Both the position numbers and the translations under genes were made by a program. Source: Octopus vulgaris (taxonomy: Eukaryota). Taken from it: a stretch of 64,000 bases of DNA. Below the pieces are notes generated by a model, which was not told the origin of the DNA, ran no database searches, and was given only the letters and a program-made list of their open reading frames with translations. Shown piece after piece: positions 56,030 to 64,000 of the stretch. The stretch spans positions 31,930,001-31,994,000 of the forward strand of contig OX597816.1 in NCBI GenBank assembly GCA_951406725.2, written 5' to 3'. The stretch's first letter is position 1, and each line of letters opens with the position of its first letter.

Positions 56030-56152
56030 AATTACTAGGAACGGGAACCTAGGTTCGAAATTCCCCTGGACACCTGATGAAGTGTGAAGAGATATCAGCC
56101 GAAACGTGTCAAGAACAAAGGTATGGGCAACTACTCGTTAAGTATAAATAAT
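56030..56152 (+). mobile_element. Short hammerhead-bearing element, copy 4
   Basis: GGTTCGAAATTCCCCTGGACAC-CTGATGA-agtgtg...tatcagcc-GAAAC-GT. Confidence 0.8.
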
Positions 56153-56333
56153 TTAGATTTCGTACATATATATATATATATATTTAAGTAGTTGAATGAA
56201 TTATCCTAGTGTGGATAATTCGGTTAACCGATACCCGGGTAGTAAATCCACGTCAGAAAAACACGGTTGAAGCTACATGCCAAGGGCAGAGCTCACGTGC
56301 TTTCGTGTGAAAATTTGTGTGTGTTTTTTTTTT

Positions 56334-56446
56334 ATACAAATAAATGAAAGAATGGAGTTGAACGCCGATTTAACAGTCTTCGAAACATATGTCGAGAATA
56401 AAGGAATTTCGTTAAATCGTCGTTCAACTACATTCTTTCATTTATT

Positions 56447-56451
<5 letters not shown>
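56334..56451. repeat. Mini fold-back derived from a Naiad-like terminal repeat
   Basis: ~40 bp arms (56334-56373 and 56411-56451, 2 mismatches). The spacer contains GAAACATATGTC and resembles 59754-59812. Confidence 0.75.
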
Positions 56452-56496
<45 letters not shown>

Positions 56497-57209
56497 AGCG
56501 ATATATACAGGAAGAGAGAAATAGAACTTTTGGAAGGATGATTAGATTTCAATATTTTTGGAGCTGTAAAATATTATCTTGTGAGTTTGGTTTGTTATCA
56601 GTAAAAATTCGTATATGAAATTTAGAAAGCTATTATATTTTGTAGGAGAAATGTACGATTGCTTTCATATATTATTGTTCGGAAGTATTCACGATTGTTT
56701 AAAAGATCAGGTGAGAGAATTAATATTTGTATGCGAGTATAGCTCGCACACAGGTCGTGTTCTGTGGCTTGCATTCAAAGGTTACGTGAATACATATCTT
56801 ACATTTCGCAAAATATTATTTTCAAACGCCGGCTTGTCGGTAAATGAACACTATGAGTGATGTTTGAATTGGTTAAAGGCAAAATTATGTAACCATGTCT
56901 TATTATATATAATGTTATGCGTGTGTGTTTATGAGTATGCAGGCGTGTATGTGGGGCTGGTTGTGTTATATATATGCTTACAATCTGAAAGCTAGGTAGT
57001 CCCTTGAGGCCATTATTATAGCTTCTTCAAAACATATATTATTTGTATCAGTAGCTGAAAATATTCTTGCTATATCTATTTAGGGCCAAAAGAAGTAAAT
57101 GTCAGTCGGGTTTCATTCTCCGTTTGCTTATTTTCAAATAGCGATTGCATCATTTTGATTGACATTTGGAGAGATTCCTTCTTTTTTTCTAAAAGATATA
57201 TATACATAC

Positions 57210-57260
<51 letters not shown>

Positions 57261-57298
57261 TAAAAAATGGAGTTAACGCAGGTTAAACAAGTATTTTT

Positions 57299-57385
57299 AC
57301 TTTCTACATATGTTTCAAAAATTCCACTGATACTTATTCAAAAGAATAAAAGGTATAAACAATGCAATCTTCTCTTCGGGAAAGT
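57299..57385 (-). ncRNA. Type I hammerhead motif in the 3' terminal repeat
   Basis: actttc-CCGAAGA-gaagattgca...tggaattttt-GAAAC-atat-GTA-gaaagt; perfect 6 bp stem I, palindromic ACATATGT, and a U4C change in the core. Confidence 0.8.
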
Positions 57386-57587
57386 GAAAAAACGAAACTT
57401 GTCAATACGACATTTTAGCAAAAAATGATGGATTCGTATAGCGATAGACAGAACGCTATTAATATTGTTTAAAAAAAAACGTTATATGATATAACGTCAT
57501 AAGTAGCTAACAGAAAGAGTAGGGATATTAATAGTGAATGTTAAATATAAAAGAAATTAAAGTCTAAACTATATATAATGATAGAGA

Positions 57588-59745
57588 CTACTTATATGCA
57601 CTAAAAGTATGTTTCTGCCAATGCTTACATCTGTATGCTCGTTCTATAACCGTGTTTACTAGAGTATTTTTAGAAAAAATAATGAAAAATAGCTCAGAAT
57701 TGCAGAGAAGACAGAATTTCTTGCCTTTGTCATATGGTATCGAAATTGAGAGGATCAACCATTCTAAATGAAATTGTTCATTGTGGTCTTTTAAATCCCA
57801 AATCAGTTTGCTGAGACCGGTACTATTCCGTTTATTTCTATCCCTAAATGTTGAGTAATGGATAGAAATTCTCTTAGATAACTCTAACGATGTGCTTCCA
57901 ATGTAAAATCGTACTTTATTACGAGTACTGATTATACACTGGTATATAGAATTTTTAATCTTAGAGTTACTTGACATAAATTTAATTCTATTGGGATTTT
58001 CTTCAGATACGATAACCTTGTTATTAATATTTCTAGAGGGTTGGATGGTAGTAGCTAAATTAACGTTAGTATTAGTAAATGAATTAATATTTAACAGTTT
58101 GTTATTACGAGAAGATATAATTTGGAAGAGATTTTTTGTGTTTGAAAAACCTATCCTAACCTTATGTAAATCAATTATAGAGTAATATCTAGAATTATTT
58201 GGAAAATTCCTAGCAATAGCTTGACGAAACAGCAGTGGGAGATTAGATTTAATTTGTCTCCCGTAAGGAATTATTAACCAAATATTTTTACTAGCATTCA
58301 TAGCGTAATTACTTTTGAAGGTGTTATATTTACTTTTAGATCGGTAATAGGGGAATAAATAAGGGTAATCAGCCTTCATTCGCTTTGTATCGGTGCGTAA
58401 GTTATGTTTGTTATCAATAATTCTTTTACGACTAGAAATCTTATCTACATTATTGAATTTACAATTAGACTGAGCAGAATCAATGTAGAAATTTATTTCT
58501 GTATAACCTGCTTTGATTAAGGCAGAGTTATAGAATTCAGCGTTATTATTGAAAATATCAACATTAGCAGATAATTTAGACAATCTAAATGAAATATTCT
58601 TAACCAAATTCTTAGTAATTGCTCCAGGATGATTACTAAATTTTCTAATGTACTTAATATTGGTCAACGGTTTATGATATGGGAAGTAAGAGTCACTGTG
58701 TAAATTAAGCGTAATATCTAAAAAGTTGGCCTTCGTCAGATCGTCATCAAAAACGATTTTTAAGCCCATTCAACTGAAAAAATTAACTAAACTGTTCTTA
58801 ACTTTTTGTACCTTTTGGTTGGAAACATTTTGGAGGTAATGTAAACAATCATCACGATATAGACCTCCATAAATGTTAGGGAACTCTTCAGCCATTTCAA
58901 AAAGAGTATATATACAGTCCAAATCAGCTATCTGTGCTGAATCAGAGCTTCCCATAGGTATATCGAAACTATCTGGTGTGTCTTTACGGACACACAACTT
59001 ATCATCAAATTTAATAATAGATCTTCTGGCTGCCAACACAACATTAATTTCTTCTCGGGTGAGACCAGCTTTGTTATGAGCAAGCCAAAGTGCCTTATTA
59101 AGTACTATTGGATTAATAGACGAATAAAAATTGGAAATATCAAACTGGATAAACTTCGTACTCACCTTACTGTTAATAGACCTAAACCAGTCAACTACGT
59201 CAAATGAATTAGTCCATAAACTAAGTTTTAATGTTTTGATTAGATTAGGAATATATTTATCTAGTATATTGTTACTAAGGATACCGATGTCAGAGCTAGA
59301 AGGGCAGATAAGCCTTAATGATGGGTTAGTATACAAATTTGGTTTGTGATCCTTCAAAATGAACCTAGGTTGCTTAGGAACAAGTGGTTCTGTCTTCATT
59401 TGTAGGTTATATTTCTCCATGATTTTCATAGCCTCGATGTTGGCTTTCTTAAGTATTCTTTTATCAGCAATTTTATACTTTTTCTGAATTTCTTTTTCAA
59501 GTAATTCCAAATAATAGTCTTTATAAAGTTTGTACAGATTTCCAGTCTTATCAGATTGAACCAACATAGTATCCATATAATTGATTTCTTTGGTGATGTT
59601 GCGAAGATACCTCAGATGTTTATTTCTTAGTGGTGACCGTTGAAATTTACATTTCTCACAATGGACGAGAGATCATCTTCAAATTGCTTCAACCTTGGGT
59701 TAGGCGGCGGACTATTTTTAGATTTAAATAACTTGTTGAACTTTT
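57588..59745 (-). pseudogene. Naiad-type RT + GIY-YIG polyprotein with one in-frame TGA (58770-58772) and a frameshift near 59645
   Basis: FKSKNSPPPNPRLKQFEDDL, VQSDKTGNLY, LKDHKPN, FIQFDISNFYSSI, MGSSDSAQIADL, LYRDD, NFLDITLNL, NSIYQC...FYIGST, CLLCNSE...CKH. Confidence 0.93.
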
Positions 59746-59953
59746 GAATTTTTGAAACATATGTAGAAAGTAAAAATACTTGTTAACCTGCGTTAACTCC
59801 ATTTTTTATTCATATTATTCAAATATTCAACGTAAACACGAAGTTTCAACCTTTATAAACAAGGAGTTACATCTTTACTTGTTAGATTTTTGCTGCCCTG
59901 GTAACTATTCATTCATTTATCCGTGTTAATTGTTAACAAGGTAAAATACACTC

Positions 59954-59959
<6 letters not shown>

Positions 59960-60030
<71 letters not shown>

Positions 60031-60056
60031 TAAATATATTTATATACACATACACA

Positions 60057-60140
<84 letters not shown>

Positions 60141-60195
60141 TATTATATACATACACATATATGTATATATATACATACATATATATATATATATA
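59960..60195. repeat. (TA)n microsatellite
   Basis: Directly visible; one of dozens of (TA)n/(CA)n arrays in the window. Confidence 0.98.
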
Positions 60196-60290
60196 CATAA
60201 TCTCCGGATATATATTTAATCTTCGGATTCTTTTTTAATATGCTAGAGCACTGGTTTTAATTGATAAATATTGATTTCTACCCTTAATTA

Positions 60291-60323
<33 letters not shown>

Positions 60324-62245
60324 CAAATATGAAAATACATACACAAGCACACACATAAACACAATCACACACACAAACACACTCAAGCATATGCACACGC
60401 ACACGCATATAAATATTTCTACATTCAGAAATATACGACGTTGGAATAAAACCTAGTATTTGCCAGAGATATTTACATAGTACTGATCCCATACGAGCAA
60501 ATAGAGAAGTGCAAGAAAAAATGAACTGAAAACAGACACTGCTAACAAAACAGCAGGAAGAAGCTACCATATCAAGTATTATTTCTATTACAAACGCTGA
60601 CCTTTACATCATCCTTTTCGAGTTGTGGTGATAATGAATTCCTATCACATGAAGATGAGACGTACCGCCGTATGAGTATTCCCTACCTCATTTCAAGGAG
60701 TTACAGAGCCTTTCACAGGTATGTGTATATTTAACAGAAATCCCAACCTAATTTAGCAGCACCAAGTGTGTATGAAATTGTGCTTTTTCTTACTATACTG
60801 AAAGCATATATTGTGTAAAAATTATGCTTTCATGATGGAAACATATATTTAAGTATACGGAAATATGTAATTAATGAAATTTCAAGAAGAAATTAGACAG
60901 TCAATCGCCTCCAGCAGGCGATTTCTCTTTCGCTTAATGGACTTGCCTTCGATCGATACAATATGCAACAATAAAAACATCAAAGACTGCGTAGAGAAAA
61001 TATTCAGTTAAAAATTCAACATGTTTAAAATCAAATCCCATACTGATTTAATTCAATATAATTAAGCATTTTTATATTGTAACAAAATTGTATGTGGTAT
61101 AATTACATATATTTAATAAGTTCTGCAGGTAGAACTGCTTGCTTTTGCAGCAAGCAGAAAGGAATCCTTTCAAATTAGAGTCATGATACACACAGAGATA
61201 CACACAGAGGCACGTGCGCATACATGTTTGTATGTATGTGTGTATGTATGTATGTAAGTATGTATGTATGTATGTATGTATGTATGTATGTATATATGTA
61301 CGTAAGCTTGTTTCTACAAGTCGTATGTGTGTGTGAGTTTTTTTTCCTACACTTGAGATGAGCATAATCTGTCATCGTTTTAAGGTACTTATATATATTA
61401 ATATTATCATGCAGCATATAATCCCCGTTTTAGAACTGACTGAGATAATACATTTTCCGAAATGCATAGCTTATACCTTGTGATTGAATATTTGGCAATA
61501 GATGAATTGAGAGACATGAGATTTATTTCTTGTCGATGATATTTAATTTGCCTTCTCCTGGTTACAAATGGAGATAAACTTATAATTATCGAATGCAGAG
61601 TATATTTGATTCATCGTTGTTTCCTACTAGGAATAGATATTAGCAATAGTTGGAAGCGACTGATGATGTTTGGAAATCTGCAATATAGCTGGCGAAATGT
61701 AGGTATTAAAGAGCGGTGTCCTGTCTTTCATTGTGTTGTGTCTGTGTTTGACAATAACCGGTTACTTTTAGTCATGTTATATACATTTAAATAAACATCA
61801 CACGTAGTTGATATATCTTTCGTCCTATAAATGAGTAAAATGTTTCAATAAGAATTTTATGGACAGCAAAACTGAGGTTGCATTGTATTCGTGAGACTAA
61901 TAGTGATTTAAAGATTAGTGGCGACTTAATCCACTTTGATGTGTTTGAAATTATTATTTGCATTTCAACATGAGCCTTGCATTATAAATAATTTTATTTT
62001 CTGGATGTAATTAACTGATTTGCGTGAAGCAGATTACTAATACTATGTTTGCAAACATATTCACAATCTTCCATATTTGAAGAAATCGTTATACCAAATA
62101 TCTATGATTAATTGTTCCGTAATAATTTAGTCGATGAGGGAAAATGCATTTTGAACTGTTTTTAAGGGTAGTGTGCCTGGTGGAAAGAAAGATATTCATC
62201 CCCAAATCTGACTCGATAACGGCAGAGTTTCTATCAGAGCGATTA

Positions 62246-62444
62246 CGAGGGCTGCTGAAAAGTTCTTGGCTTTAAATGTCTCACGAAAGTGTTAATCAGA
62301 GTACAACATACCGAATTCCTTTACATGGCTTAGTAAACCTGAAGGACCGTTGCAATAAGCGTGGGAACCTGAGAGGAGAATACGTTAGATAAAATCATGA
62401 TTTATTACCAATTACCCAAAGCGAGGAATTTTTCGCACCCCTTG
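62246..62444 (+). mobile_element. Mariner-derived MITE (~200 bp, TA TSD)
   Basis: TIRs CGAGGGCTGCTGAAAAGTTCTTGGCTTT / AAAGCGAGGAATTTTTCGCACCCCTTG flanked by TA; retains transposase C-terminal DRCNKRGNLRGEYVR*. Confidence 0.75.
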
Positions 62445-63229
62445 TACAAGCGCACATTGGTTTTATTTCAAGAAGTAATAGATCAAAGCTACCAATCTAG
62501 AACAGTACCAGAATCCGAGAAATATTTCCACAAATATAAAACTAACTTCCTTTATTTTCAATGCTTTTGTGTAATCTTGGATCTTTTAGAATAAATATCC
62601 ACAAACATTTCAACAAAATGCTCAAAAACGAAACCGTGGTTAGGAATACTTAAATTCTTAATCATTGTTTTGTCTAGCTTTATAAACATGCTATGATGCC
62701 ACGCTCTTATTTTTGTAGTATGTATTTAGTTGAAATATGCCATGAAAGCGAAATGGAATCATTGAAGAGATAGTGTGCTACAAAATTACAAATGTTAGAT
62801 CTCATTTTAAAATAAGACATCATATTATTTGTTATTCTGTTCTAAACTATTAGGAAGAGGAATTTGTACGTATATTCTGAAGCAATCCATGTGTGTGTGT
62901 GTATGTGTGTGTGCATGCGAGCGTTTGCATGTGTGCAGTTGTGTGTGTGTGTGTACATAATGCATATTGAAGCGCAACTTAGCGATATTTATACCTCCTC
63001 TGATTGTGATGCATCGTTGCGCATACAGATTCATTTTGTAGTTGAGAAAAAAAGTTAGTTACATGCAGGACGAAAAGCTGTCTGAATAACAGAAAGAGTT
63101 GCCTCTATCATGATGTTTTGCGTCGAGTAACAGAATGTCATCGTTAAAACTGATGCTTAATGCGTTTTGAAAACTGTGTAAGCGTGTAAGACACGACACA
63201 GACAAGTGTATCAAAGTATACGGAATCAT

Positions 63230-63720
63230 GGCCAGCAAGAAGAGACACGCTATTCTTACTCCATCGCACGCCTCGGTTCATCCCTACATTGGGGAATATG
63301 AACTTAGGCTCATTTCAGAGAGCTCCGTGAATCAGTTGGAGATTGTAGTCTATCCTCGGCTGCATAAGGATGCTGCTGAAAAGCCAAATGTAGGGCAGTC
63401 TGATTCGGCCCCTCTCCCTAGGTTCAGAAAGTTTCAAACGGTCTTGAAAGTTTTGTATTACTCCGTCTTCACAAGCGCCATTTTCTGGCCTGTTTATTCT
63501 GATTATAATTTCCTGGAGAAGTATGTGAGGTGCGACACTAAATGGTATTGGTATCAATTAATCTACCTGCCATGCTAATGGTTAGCTGATGGCCAATACC
63601 AAGAAGGTTTTCGAAGTGTTTCCAGGGAGAGAGTGATGAACGTATGCGTCAATTCTGGAGCCTTCAACAGTGGCAGAAGCTAAGAAGAGCTATATTAAAA
63701 AATGCTATATCACAGCCATA
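63230..63720 (-). pseudogene. Decayed L1/Tx1-like LINE ORF2 fragment
   Basis: LTISMAGRLI and PRERGRIRLP resemble the post-RT LS..GR..L and P...GGLGLP motifs. Confidence 0.45.
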
Positions 63721-64000
63721 ACCGAGTTGATATTATCTGACCTTTTTCAAAACATTTCAAATTTTTCATAGGTAACTTGTTTTATTTTCCTTTTATATAA
63801 CCTGTCGTATTCGACCGAACAACCAGTATACGTTCTACTTTCGGTACATATTCGAATTGTTGCTAAATGTACTTCTGATTTGAATTATATGGAATCTACA
63901 TTTTTTCTTTTTAACTATTTTAAAGATAATCTTTTTACATAGTTATTTAAATCCTGTCGCACTCAATACATAATCGATATTTGATTGGGATTTCCTTTCT

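Larger units (their letters stand above)
57255..59960 (-). mobile_element. 5'-truncated Naiad-type Penelope-like element between (TA)n arrays, with inverted partial terminal repeat
   Basis: 57255-57324 is the reverse complement of 59746-59814; RT and GIY-YIG ORFs lie between. Confidence 0.92.

Noticed and set aside
58770-58772. In-frame TGA in the Naiad RT as selenocysteine or programmed readthrough
   Set aside because: The position (FFS*MGLKI) is not a conserved Cys, CGA to TGA decay is simpler, the element's CxxC uses normal Cys codons, and the copy also has a frameshift.

Overview
AT-rich, microsatellite-dense eukaryotic DNA in which I can support no host gene exon. It is almost entirely transposon-derived. 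The SINE families and simple-repeat load suggest an octopod cephalopod genome (inference). Contents: (i) at least five Penelope-like element (PLE) remnants, including a near-intact Neptune-type copy at 24.0-26.4 kb and a Naiad-type copy at 57.3-60.0 kb, all built as fold-backs with an inverted copy of the 3' end; (ii) about 13 minimal type I hammerhead ribozyme (HHR) motifs from several families; (iii) several R4/Dong-type LINE fragments next to (TAA)n arrays; (iv) RTE and L1/Tx1-like fragments; (v) three tRNA-derived SINE families; (vi) one full-length decayed mariner, mariner remnants and MITEs, and a probable Chapaev3-like remnant. The most unusual signals are a ~150 bp ORF-less HHR element present four times, always anchored at its 5' end to a trinucleotide microsatellite; a CUGAUGC-core HHR variant; a large old palindrome at 48-51.6 kb; an exact 151 bp duplication inside a decayed LINE; and a TGA at a conserved Cys of a Naiad endonuclease. 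All alignments, identities and folds were done by eye. Nearly all ORFs in the supplied track are microsatellite artefacts.
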